A stretch of DNA of 64,000 nucleotides from the NCBI GenBank assembly GCA_049517555.1, contig JBEKRY010000001.1, positions 700-64,699 of the forward strand, given 5' to 3'. The stretch's first letter is position 1. Every line of letters begins with the position of its first letter. The notes beneath the pieces are model-generated. The model did not search any database. It was not told the DNA's origin and worked only from the letters and a program-made list of their open reading frames with translations. This DNA is from Candidatus Sulfotelmatobacter sp. (GTDB lineage Bacteria > Acidobacteriota > Terriglobia > Terriglobales > Acidobacteriaceae). The translations under genes were made by a program, and so were the position numbers. This document shows, one piece after another, positions 27,652-36,615 of this stretch.

Positions 27652-28287
27652 ATGAACTCCGCAAACGACGACAGCCAGAATTCAAAAAGCCATCCCGATC
27701 CTCAGCCGGCAAAGCCCGCCACTAAAATCAGAATCATCGAAGATGCGGAAGCCACCGGAGAAACGGCTGCCGCCTACGACTTTTGGCGAGCCGGGTCGGG
27801 AAGACAGCAAGTTCCCGGCATCATGAAGTGCTTCGGAGCGCGGCCGGACTTCCTGCGGCGCATCATTGAAATGGGAAACACGATCCATTTCTCGGAAGGA
27901 CACCTTTCGCGCCGCCACAAAGAGATGATCGCCAGCTACGTCTCTTATCTGAACCGCTGCCCGTATTGACTGGACAGCCATGCCTACTTCCTGCGGGTTC
28001 AGGGAGCATCCGATCAATGTGTAAAAGCACTCATCGAGGGCAAGCTCGACGAAGCCGGCCTTACGGCGGCGGAGCGCGCCCTATTGGCATATGTGGAGCT
28101 GATTACTCACGCCGCTTACCGATCAACTCCCGAAGACGTTGAGAAACTGCGAGTCGCCGGATGGAAGGAAGAACAGATTTCAGAAGCGGTATACATCGCG
28201 GCTCTGTTCGCTTTTTTCAATCGGGTTGCGGACGCCTTCGGCGTGCCTTCTCAGGACTATCTCGGAACCGGAAAATTGACGCCGTGA
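27652..28287 (+). CDS. AhpD/carboxymuconolactone-decarboxylase-family peroxidase-related protein with an in-frame TGA (27967-27969) at the second Cys of the CxxCxxxH motif. It is either a candidate selenoprotein (211 aa including Sec) or a nonsense pseudogene.
   Basis: Track ORFs 27532..27969 and 28084..28287 share one frame and are separated only by this TGA. I checked codons 27970-28083 and found no further stop. The translation around the TGA is ...HKEMIASYVSYLNRCPY-TGA-LDSHAYFLRV.... The domain continues after the TGA (LTAAERALLAYVELITH...AALFAFFNRVADAFG). The paralog at 29741-30313 has CYFCQHAH at the same place. Confidence 0.7.
27987..28006 (+). other. SECIS-like hairpin beginning 17 nt downstream of the in-frame TGA
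   Basis: The arm cttcctg (27987-27993) pairs with cagggag (28000-28006), giving 7 bp including one G-U. The 6-nt loop is CGGGUU, with G at loop position 2. The loop starts 24 nt after the UGA, inside the range described for bacterial SECIS elements. Confidence 0.45.
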
Positions 28288-28297
28288 GTGCGATCTT

Positions 28298-29617
28298 CTA
28301 TTGAGTCCCGAACGCATCTGAGTAGCGGGGGAGTAAGAGGTTGGTGGCGGCTGCCAATCCCAGCGCGGCTGCCAGAAGAATCAGGAGAGAAGAATACGAA
28401 CCCGTCGCATCGAAGGCCCGCCCCAGGATCACCGGACCGATGGCTCCCGCGGCAGCATAAAACGTCCAGGTAAGACCGTACAGAGTGGAGAAAGCGCGAA
28501 GCCCAAAATAACGAGTCAGCAGGTACGGTGTAATGGCGGCTTCCCCTCCGGCACCCACACCAATCAGCGCAGCAGCCAGGCAGCCCGCGGGAAAACTGGT
28601 CGCGCGAGCGAGAAGAAAAATGCCCAGCGCGGTAATGAGATTGATAACAAGCGCGACGCGTGGGCCGAAAAATCGGTCGAGGAGCCAGCCCACCCCAATC
28701 CTACCCAGCAGACTTGATCCTCCGAGTACGGACGCGCACAGCGCCGCATTTCCGGCAGTCAGGCCGCGATCGGTGAGCAAAGCTGACAAGTGAGTGATCG
28801 CTCCATTCATACTGATCGAACTCACGAAAAGAATGGCGGTGATAATCCAGAAGGCCGAAGAACGCAGGCCCCGCTGCCATGTCGTTCCAGAATGAGGAAC
28901 CGGAGCGGACTCGCGCTCGATTGCGCCACGCTCGTGGATATAGCGCCAACTGAGAGGCAAGCCGAGGAGCAACGCAAGCCCGCCGAGTGTGGCATAGGCT
29001 GCGCGCCAGCCACTCCAAGTGATCACGAATTGAGCGACGACGGGCAAAATCATGGCGCCCAATCCTGCTCCAACCATCACGAAGGCCAAGGCCGTCCCCA
29101 AGCGCCTCTGAAACCAGGTGGAAATCGATCGCGAATATGCGAGATGAGCTGCCCCATTCCCAACAATCCCCAGCACGAAGCAAGTCAGGTAGAACTGCCA
29201 CAAACCAGCGTGCAGCAGAGACAGCGAGGCGATGGCGCACGCATACACCGTCATGCAAATAAGGATGATGCGGCGAGGGCCAAAGCGGTCAATCCACCGC
29301 CCGAGCACTGGGGAGACGACGCCCAACGTGACGGCTGCAATGGCGAATCCGCTGGAGATGGCCTCACGACTCCAGGCGAATTCCGCCGCCAACGGCTTCA
29401 CAAAAACGGAGAATGTATAAACGAACAGCGAACCGAATCCCGCCATCACACCGAGACACGCCGCCAACACTACGCGCCAGCCGTAATATCCGAGATCGGA
29501 TTCGGTGAGGTCGGAAGTCATTTCGGTAGATTGCATTTGTGCCTTAAGGCCAAGTTCGCGCTTACTTTCCAAAGCCAAGACCTCGGCGATGGCTTTGGCA
29601 GGATTCGAATAGTACAC
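28298..29617 (-). CDS. MFS transporter (oxalate/formate-antiporter-like subfamily by appearance)
   Basis: 439-aa ORF with about 12 hydrophobic helices and the MFS loop motif GRWIDRFGPRR. The start may be the internal Met at 29536 (MQSTEMTS). Confidence 0.8.
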   Translation of the reverse strand: MYYSNPAKAIAEVLALESKRELGLKAQMQSTEMTSDLTESDLGYYGWRVVLAACLGVMAGFGSLFVYTFSVFVKPLAAEFAWSREAISSGFAIAAVTLGVVSPVLGRWIDRFGPRRIILICMTVYACAIASLSLLHAGLWQFYLTCFVLGIVGNGAAHLAYSRSISTWFQRRLGTALAFVMVGAGLGAMILPVVAQFVITWSGWRAAYATLGGLALLLGLPLSWRYIHERGAIERESAPVPHSGTTWQRGLRSSAFWIITAILFVSSISMNGAITHLSALLTDRGLTAGNAALCASVLGGSSLLGRIGVGWLLDRFFGPRVALVINLITALGIFLLARATSFPAGCLAAALIGVGAGGEAAITPYLLTRYFGLRAFSTLYGLTWTFYAAAGAIGPVILGRAFDATGSYSSLLILLAAALGLAAATNLLLPRYSDAFGTQ

Positions 29618-29740
29618 GGGTTGCCTCGCGGCCTCTCTAGTGTTTTTGGAGTATTGCCGCGATTGTAGGGAAGGGATTACAAGAAGCCGCTAAAGGCGAC
29701 CGCGGCAAACCAGACGAAGTGGATGTTTAAGGAGATTTTT

Positions 29741-30313
29741 ATGGCGCACATTCGACTACCGGAAGGTATTCCTGGAATTTTGGGGCCGATGGCCCTCAGT
29801 CCTGAGACTGCAAAACCTCTCAATGCACTCGCCGAGGTGCTTTTGCGTGGTCCGAATTCGTTGTCGGCGGCGGACCGAGAAATGATTGCGACCTACGTGT
29901 CATCGCAGAACGATTGCTACTTCTGTCAACACGCTCATGGTGCTGTGGCTGCTTACCGGCTCAACGGGAATGACCAACTCGTTGACAGTGTGAAGGCGAA
30001 TTTTGAGGTGGCTGCAATTTCGGAGAAGCTGAAGGCCTTGCTCGCCATCGCCGGCAAAGTACAGCAGGGCGGCAAGCAAGTCACGAATGAGGATGTCGCT
30101 CGTGCCCGGCAGCAGGGCGCAACCGATAAAGAAATCCACGATACAGTTCTGATTGCAGCCGCATTCTGTATGTACAACCGCTATGTGGATGGGCTAGCGA
30201 CGTGGGCACCCACCGACGCCGACCTCTATCGTGAGAATGGAAGACGGCTTGCCGACGAAGGCTACGTCCAGTCGACCGCACATCTACCTGCCCCGCAGAA
30301 AGAGTGTGCCTAG
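29741..30313 (+). CDS. AhpD/carboxymuconolactone-decarboxylase-family peroxidase-related protein (Cys form)
   Basis: ORF-track frame is 29723..30313; the ATG at 29741 follows AAGGAG by 7 nt. It has DREMIATYVSSQNDCYFCQHAH (CxxCxxxH) and a C-terminal ...LIAAAFCMYNRYVDGL. Confidence 0.8.
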   Translation: MAHIRLPEGIPGILGPMALSPETAKPLNALAEVLLRGPNSLSAADREMIATYVSSQNDCYFCQHAHGAVAAYRLNGNDQLVDSVKANFEVAAISEKLKALLAIAGKVQQGGKQVTNEDVARARQQGATDKEIHDTVLIAAAFCMYNRYVDGLATWAPTDADLYRENGRRLADEGYVQSTAHLPAPQKECA

Positions 30314-30441
30314 TCTTCACCGAAAGGGCGCACGCCTTCCCGAGGGCAGGACAAAACCTGGCAAACAACCGAAGTCCAACCTCGGCGGTGGTTTCCAACC
30401 AAAATCAGTCGAAGGATAATTCTTATTTATCAGAGGAGCTT

Positions 30442-31545
30442 ATGAATCGGCGCAACTTTCTCCAATCGACCGGCGCCATCTGCGCGGGTTGGGCAGTGAC
30501 AAGATCAATGCCAGTCTTCGCCGACGCGTTAGGTTCGGCCGGCAACTGGCGGACCTTCGAGGTCACTACGAGGGTAGAAGTATTGAAGCCAAGTGGAGTC
30601 ACTCACATCTGGCTGCCGTCCGCGCTGATTCGTGATACGCCGTTTCAGAGAACACATGCCAACAAGTTCCGCGTTGAGGGTGGATCGGCCAAGTTCAGCA
30701 AGGACAAGCCGAACGCCCTCGGGATCGTGTCGGCGACTTACCCGGCTAACGCGAAGCCCGTGCTGACGCTGACCAGCCAGGTTTCTGTGAAGAACTACGC
30801 CGTCGAACTCTCGGTACCCGGCAGCGCGCCACACGTTTCACCGCACGTCGCAAAAGAAGAGCTCGACTATTTTCTTCAGCCCAGCCGCTATGTGCCTACC
30901 GACGGCATTGTGAAAGAGACCGCTCTCAAAGCGACCGCCGGCACGACCACCGACGCGGAGAAGGCTCGCGCCATTTACGACTGGGTGGTGGACAACACAT
31001 TTCGCGATCCGAAGGTCCGAGGCTGTGGACGCGGCGACATTCGGTTTATGCTGGAGTCGGGCGACATGGGTGGAAAATGTGCCGACTTGAATGCCCTTTA
31101 CGTTGGTCTGGCACGCTCCGTTGGCCTGCCAGCGCGGCATGTTTATGGTTTGCGGATTGCTAAATCGGACTTGGGCTATAAAAGCCTCGGAATAGCGACG
31201 GACCAAGCCACCAAGGGCCAGCACTGCCGCACGGAGGTATACCTTCGCGAACACGGCTGGGTTCCAGTGGACCCGGCAGACGTACGCAAGGTGGTTCTGG
31301 AGGAACCGCCGGGAAATCGTCCTCTGAGCGATGAGATGGTGTCGAGGGCGCGCAATCGCCTGTTCGGCTCATGGGAGATGAACTGGATGGCATATAACTA
31401 CGCTCACGACGTAGCGCTGCCAGGTTCCGCCAAACAGCCGTTGGTTTATTTCATGTATCCGCAGGCGGAAACAGGGGAGGGACGAGTGGATCCATTCGAT
31501 CCGGACAACTTCAAGTATGAAATCACGGTGAAGGAGAAGATCTAG
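30442..31545 (+). CDS. TAT-exported transglutaminase-like (Cys-His-Asp fold) protein
   Basis: ORF-track frame is 30304..31545; the ATG at 30442 follows GAGGAG. The twin-arginine signal is MNRRNFLQSTGAICAGWAV. Core motifs are GGKCADLNALYVGLARSVGLPAR, HCRTEVY and WVPVDP. Confidence 0.75.
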   Translation: MNRRNFLQSTGAICAGWAVTRSMPVFADALGSAGNWRTFEVTTRVEVLKPSGVTHIWLPSALIRDTPFQRTHANKFRVEGGSAKFSKDKPNALGIVSATYPANAKPVLTLTSQVSVKNYAVELSVPGSAPHVSPHVAKEELDYFLQPSRYVPTDGIVKETALKATAGTTTDAEKARAIYDWVVDNTFRDPKVRGCGRGDIRFMLESGDMGGKCADLNALYVGLARSVGLPARHVYGLRIAKSDLGYKSLGIATDQATKGQHCRTEVYLREHGWVPVDPADVRKVVLEEPPGNRPLSDEMVSRARNRLFGSWEMNWMAYNYAHDVALPGSAKQPLVYFMYPQAETGEGRVDPFDPDNFKYEITVKEKI

Positions 31546-31680
31546 CTTTCTCACCGATGACGATAGGCGTTCTAACAGGCGGAGCGATGCCCGCCTCCAT
31601 CCCGACGAATCTATGGGATACTGTGTCGCTGCGCTGCGTGGGTTGCATCCAGTGCAACGACTTCTGAAAGGACTTTTCTT

Positions 31681-33378
31681 GTGAAGACTCTTGTGGCTGC
31701 CCTCACGATTTCGCTTTGTTCCATTTGTTCCCCGGTTGCGGCTCAACAGTTTTCTTCCGTCCCCGGCCAAGGCAGATCGATGGTTGTAACAAAGCTGGGA
31801 ATTGTGGCGGCGCCGCAATTTCTCGCCTCCCAGGCCGGCGCGCACATTCTGGAACAGGGCGGCAACGCCGTGGACGCGGCAATTGCTGCAAACGCCGTCA
31901 TGGGCGTGGTGCAGCCGTACGTGAACGGCATGGGCGGAGATCTGTTCGCCATTTACTATGACGCGAAGACGAAGAAGCTCTATGGATTGAACTCCAGCGG
32001 CTGGACGCCGAAGGGGATCACGATCGAATACTTGAAATCGCACGGCGTCGATCACATCAATCCCATCGGCGTGGAGACCATCGACATCCCCGGTACCGTC
32101 GCGGGATGGGATGCGTTGCGCGGCCGTTTCGGTGCGCTGCCGTTTTCTGAAATCCTGGCGCCCGCGATTTACTACGCACAGAATGGATTCCCATTGGCTG
32201 AGAGGAACGCCCGCTACTGGGTCGCCAAGAGTTTGATGCAGCAGCCGGGCTACAGAGAGACGTACCTGCCCAACGGCGTCGCTCCGATGGTGGGCGATGA
32301 ATTCAAGAATCCCGCACTCGCCAATTCGCTCCGGCAAGTGGCACAGCATGGCCGAGATGCGTTCTACAACGGCCCGATGACGGAGACGATGGTGAGGTTC
32401 CTGCAGGCCCACGGCGGTACGCACACGCTTGAAGATTTTCGCGACTTTCACCCCGAGTGGGTCGAGCCCATCTCGACGACATATCGCGGCTGGACCGTCT
32501 ACGAGCTTCCACCCAATGGGCAAGGAATTGCGGCATTAACGATGTTGAACATCATGGAGCAGTTTCCGCTTGGACAGTATGGGCATGACTCCGCGGATGC
32601 TCTGCAGATCATGATTGAGGCGAAAAAACTGGCTTACGCGGATATGTATAAATATGTCGGCGATCCGCGATTCACGCCGGTTCCGGTGAAGGAGATGCTC
32701 TCGAAGGATCTGGCGAAGAAGCGTGCGGCACTGATCAAGATGGATAAGGCCGCGTGCGAAGTGGTTCCTTCCGACATCGAGAAGATGCTCGACGCTCACG
32801 GCAATTCGACGATCTACCTTTCGGCGATCGATAAAGATGGAAATATCGTTTCCCTGATCCAGAGTAACTACGCGGGCTACGGCACCGGAATGGTCGCGCC
32901 CGGGCTGGGTTTTTCGTTTCACAACCGAGGTGCGGGGTTTCAGTTAACGCCGGGGCTGCCTAATTCGCTGGCCGGCCACAAACGGCCACTGCACACGATT
33001 ATTCCGGCGTTCATGGAGAAGGACGACATTCATATCGGGTTCGGCATCATGGGAGGCTGGAACCAGGCTCAGGCGCACGCGCAGTTTGTTGCGAATGTGG
33101 TGGATTATGGAATGAACGTGCAGGCAGCGCTGGAGCAGCCAAGGTTCACGAAAGGAACGTTTGAAGGCTGCGATGTGCAGATGGAAAGCACGATTCCGGA
33201 ATCCGTAAGAGATGAATTGACCAAGCGCGGACACCAGATCGAACTGCTTGAGCCATTTTCCTTCACGGTGGGACAAGGAGAAGCCGTGGTGAGAGACACA
33301 AAACGAAATGTGAACTTTGCCGGCGCAGATCCCCGTTCCGATGGCGAAGCGATTCCACAGGAGCCGACTACTAAGTGA
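31681..33378 (+). CDS. ggt: Gamma-glutamyltransferase
   Basis: 565-aa ORF with a GTG start after AAAGGA and a signal peptide. GGT-type blocks include QAGAHILEQGGNAVDAAIAANAVMGVVQPYVNGMGGDLF, STIYLSAIDKDGNIVSLIQSN, PGLGFSFHNRG and RPLHTIIPAF. Confidence 0.9.
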   Translation: MKTLVAALTISLCSICSPVAAQQFSSVPGQGRSMVVTKLGIVAAPQFLASQAGAHILEQGGNAVDAAIAANAVMGVVQPYVNGMGGDLFAIYYDAKTKKLYGLNSSGWTPKGITIEYLKSHGVDHINPIGVETIDIPGTVAGWDALRGRFGALPFSEILAPAIYYAQNGFPLAERNARYWVAKSLMQQPGYRETYLPNGVAPMVGDEFKNPALANSLRQVAQHGRDAFYNGPMTETMVRFLQAHGGTHTLEDFRDFHPEWVEPISTTYRGWTVYELPPNGQGIAALTMLNIMEQFPLGQYGHDSADALQIMIEAKKLAYADMYKYVGDPRFTPVPVKEMLSKDLAKKRAALIKMDKAACEVVPSDIEKMLDAHGNSTIYLSAIDKDGNIVSLIQSNYAGYGTGMVAPGLGFSFHNRGAGFQLTPGLPNSLAGHKRPLHTIIPAFMEKDDIHIGFGIMGGWNQAQAHAQFVANVVDYGMNVQAALEQPRFTKGTFEGCDVQMESTIPESVRDELTKRGHQIELLEPFSFTVGQGEAVVRDTKRNVNFAGADPRSDGEAIPQEPTTK

Positions 33379-33657
33379 ATGAACCTATGCGCTTGCAGAG
33401 GTCATGGGCATGTCCCTCCTGGAAGTTTTAGAGAGCGCCCTTTCTTCCAGTAATCCTCAGCAGACAAATTTTCTCGCGCGAGCCGAATTTGCCGGATCTT
33501 CGGCCAGATCTGGCTGCGAGACCCTATCAGCCCCCTGTCGTACGTGACAGTTCCCTGACCTCGGCAAACCGATTGGAATGGAGAAAGCCGGTTTGCTTTC
33601 CGCGAATCGGACACCAACGAAGGGCAAGCTGCGGGCGCGCTCTAGCCAAGCAACAAG

Positions 33658-33701
33658 TTGCAGCATATTGCAATCACGACCATCTCATGCTGCAATTTTT
33701 T
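33658..33701 (+). terminator. Terminator-like hairpin followed by a T6 run, in the long ggt-SulP spacer
   Basis: The arm ttgcagcat (33658-33666) pairs with atgctgcaa (33687-33695) and is followed by tttttt (33696-33701). The 20-nt loop is long for an intrinsic terminator. Confidence 0.3.
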
Positions 33702-33876
33702 GACACGATCGTCGTTAAAATATGGGATTCTCTTCGTGGAGGCGCGTGCAAGAAAACCTCTTTCAGCGGCAAGTTCGCCTAATGTCTAGTATTGCAATCG
33801 ACTCTATAGTATACTGCTGCAGGTTCTACTGAAATGCCACTCTCGCGCCAGCCAGCAAGAGCTGCGGAGGAATACC

Positions 33877-34068
33877 GTGGTCCCCTTCTTTCAGAAAACC
33901 TGCTTCTTTTGGTGGATTTTAGCGACGCTGATTATTTTGCGTTGGTTCCACCTGTTCGCGTCGTCGGCGGACGATGAGGGAGCTTTCGAGACAGCCGATT
34001 CCCCCGAAGAAGCCTCTGCAAGTTCCAAACAGATTCAGTCGGGAAGCGCAAAGAGTTTAGTTACCTGA
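33877..34068 (+). CDS. Possible small (63 aa) single-pass membrane protein upstream of SulP
   Basis: The GTG start follows GGAGGA by 5 nt. It has one hydrophobic helix (FFWWILATLIILRWFHLFA) and then an acidic/Ser-rich tail. I recognise no homology. Confidence 0.3.
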   Translation: MVPFFQKTCFFWWILATLIILRWFHLFASSADDEGAFETADSPEEASASSKQIQSGSAKSLVT

Positions 34069-34112
34069 AAGAGAACGGGCGCACGTTCACGCGAAGGGCG
34101 AGGTAAATCGGA

Positions 34113-35882
34113 ATGAAGTTCAACTACTCATGGGGGAAAACACGCCTCGATTTGCTCGCGGGCGTTACTGTCGCTGCGATCTCGTTGCCACAAGCGATGG
34201 CGTACGCGCTCATCGCTGGGGTCGACCCGCGCTTTGGGCTGTATTCCGCAATCGTAGTAACACTGGTGGCCTCGATCTTTGGCTCGTCGTCGCACTTGAT
34301 TAACGGTCCGACCAACGCGATTTCGCTCGTGGTTTTCAGCGCCCTCGGATTTTTCAGTCCCGACGCGCGGCTCGACGCTTACCAGGCCATGTTCCTGTTG
34401 GGAATCATGATTGGCAGCATCCAGATCCTGATCGCGATATTCAAACTTGGGGACCTGACGCGCTATATTTCCGAGTCGGTCGTAATCGGTTTCATGGCCG
34501 GCGCTGGCACTTTAGTAGCAATAACCCAACTGGGCAATCTGACGGGCTTGCGCGATCGTGGAACCGGGCAGCAGCATGTGCTTTACCGCATTTGGCTCAC
34601 CCTGAGTGCCGGCCATGTCAATCCAAAGGCCCTTGGCATTGGACTGGGGACGATTGTTCTCGTCGTTTTACTGAGAAAATTGGCGCGCCAATACCATCTG
34701 CCACAATTTGACATGCTGATGGCCTTGATTATTGCCGCACTTGTGGCTGCAGCTTTCGGATGGTCCAAGCCAGCGCTGGATGGAACGACCGTTATTTCTG
34801 TCGTGGGCAGCGTCCCGCGCAGTCTCCCGATGCCGCATATTCCTCGGATCCAATTCTGGTGGGTGAAGGAATTGTCGGGAAGTGCGCTGGCCATTGCTTT
34901 TCTAGGACTCCTGGAAGCATTGGCGATCGCGAAATCGATTGCCAACACCACCCGCCAGACGCTCGATTACAACCGCCAGTGTCTGGCTGAGGGTCTGGCC
35001 AATGTCACTGGAGGATTTTTTCAATGCCTGCCCGGCTCCGGCTCCTTAACGCGCTCGGCTATCAACTTTCAAGCCGGGGCTGTGAGCCGCGCGTCCGGAG
35101 TCTTCGCGGCAGGAACGGTCGCGCTTACCCTGGTTGCGCTGGCACCCTTTGCCCGCTACATTCCGAAAGCCGCTCTGGCCGGGCTTCTGCTGGTCACAGC
35201 GGTGCGGCTGGTCGATTGGAAGCGGCTGAGCTATGCCATGCGCGCTTCTCGGTACGATGCCGCGTTAGTTTTAGTTACCGCCTTCTCTGCAATCTTTATC
35301 AGTGTTGAGTTTTCCATCCTGATCGGCGTGGCCTTGTCGGTTCTGATGTTTGTTCCGCGCGCCTCGCTCCTGCGTTGGAACGAGTTGGTGGTGAGCAGTG
35401 ACCGCGTCATACGAGAGCACCTGCCGGAAGACCAGCCTTGCAAGGCAATGATGCTCTACGATTTGGAAGGCGAATTGTTCTTCGGTGCGGCCCCGGAGCT
35501 CGACCGTTGTTTCGATCATCTGAGACGACGCACCGAGGACGAAGATATTCATTTCTTGGTACTACGCGTTAAGCGGACCCGCAATCCCGACATGGTCTCG
35601 CTCGAACGCTTCGATCATTTCATGCATGAGATGGAGACACGAGGAGTGACAGTATTGCTTTGTGGCGTTCGTCCAGATTTAGCGAAGGCCATGGCGAATT
35701 TGCGGTTTCACGATTGGTTGGCGCCGGACCGTGTCTTTCCGGAAGAAGCGGAAAAGTTTTCTGCCACTCTCAGGGCCGTTCGCCACGTCTATGAGCTCCT
35801 GGAAGATAATCCCTGCGATCATTGCATGCAGATCGAGGTTGCAGAAACTGACCGGCGGCCTCTGTATTACATGGTTAGCTGA
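34113..35882 (+). CDS. SulP-family anion transporter with a C-terminal STAS domain
   Basis: 589-aa ORF. The N-terminal SulP signature is LLAGVTVAAISLPQAMAYALIAGVDPRFGLYSAIV. It is polytopic, with a STAS-like tail (MMLYDLEGELFFGAAPEL...). Confidence 0.9.
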   Translation: MKFNYSWGKTRLDLLAGVTVAAISLPQAMAYALIAGVDPRFGLYSAIVVTLVASIFGSSSHLINGPTNAISLVVFSALGFFSPDARLDAYQAMFLLGIMIGSIQILIAIFKLGDLTRYISESVVIGFMAGAGTLVAITQLGNLTGLRDRGTGQQHVLYRIWLTLSAGHVNPKALGIGLGTIVLVVLLRKLARQYHLPQFDMLMALIIAALVAAAFGWSKPALDGTTVISVVGSVPRSLPMPHIPRIQFWWVKELSGSALAIAFLGLLEALAIAKSIANTTRQTLDYNRQCLAEGLANVTGGFFQCLPGSGSLTRSAINFQAGAVSRASGVFAAGTVALTLVALAPFARYIPKAALAGLLLVTAVRLVDWKRLSYAMRASRYDAALVLVTAFSAIFISVEFSILIGVALSVLMFVPRASLLRWNELVVSSDRVIREHLPEDQPCKAMMLYDLEGELFFGAAPELDRCFDHLRRRTEDEDIHFLVLRVKRTRNPDMVSLERFDHFMHEMETRGVTVLLCGVRPDLAKAMANLRFHDWLAPDRVFPEEAEKFSATLRAVRHVYELLEDNPCDHCMQIEVAETDRRPLYYMVS

Positions 35883-35887
35883 CGGGC

Positions 35888-36538
35888 TTAACGCTTCCGC
35901 GGTCCCGGACTCGGCGTCCAGGATGCCGATCGTCCCCAGTCGCTTTCGTAGACGAAATCTGCCAGCGGTTTCCGTTGTCGCGGGGCCAGTTCTTTCTGCC
36001 TGAACTTCTCTGGCAGTTCCGCCGGGCTGCCGGGATAGCCGATGGCGGCGACCGCGACAGGTTCATGATCTTGAGGAATTGAAAACTCATGGCGAGCCTT
36101 TTCGATGTCGAAGCCGGCCATCTGATGCACCACTAATCCCGACACAGTTGCCTGCACCGTAAGATTGGCGATCGCCTGACCGACATCATGAAATGCGTGC
36201 CGATTGGGCTTTCCGTTCGACGGGAACGTCATTCGGGCGATGGACAGGATGAGAACCGGGGCGTGCTGCGCCCATTGCACATTGAATTCAACCAAACAGC
36301 CCAGCAGTCGGTCGAAGTCGGATTTGTTTTCTTTCGTGGCCACGATGAAACTCCATGGCTGCTCGTTCCGGCAGGACGGAGCCCATCGCGCCGCTTCCAG
36401 CAGACTGGCCAAAGTTTTCGGTTCAACGGGCGTTGAGGCGAAGGCTACGGGACTTCGTCGACCGGCAAGCAAAGGATGAATGGGGACTTCGCAAATCTTC
36501 TGTTCGTCTTCCGGACTGGTCGGTGCGTCTTTCGCCAT
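35888..36538 (-). CDS. Nitroreductase-family flavoprotein
   Basis: 216-aa ORF. Nitroreductase blocks include LLAGRRSPVAF...LLEAARWAPSCRNEQPWSFIV and HQMAGFD. Confidence 0.8.
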   Translation of the reverse strand: MAKDAPTSPEDEQKICEVPIHPLLAGRRSPVAFASTPVEPKTLASLLEAARWAPSCRNEQPWSFIVATKENKSDFDRLLGCLVEFNVQWAQHAPVLILSIARMTFPSNGKPNRHAFHDVGQAIANLTVQATVSGLVVHQMAGFDIEKARHEFSIPQDHEPVAVAAIGYPGSPAELPEKFRQKELAPRQRKPLADFVYESDWGRSASWTPSPGPRKR

Positions 36539-36615
36539 CCACTCTCCCCGTTTTCCTTGGGCTTAAGTGCGGATCTTTTTCAGCTAATCTTCTTACCATT
36601 GATTCTCTCGCTAGT

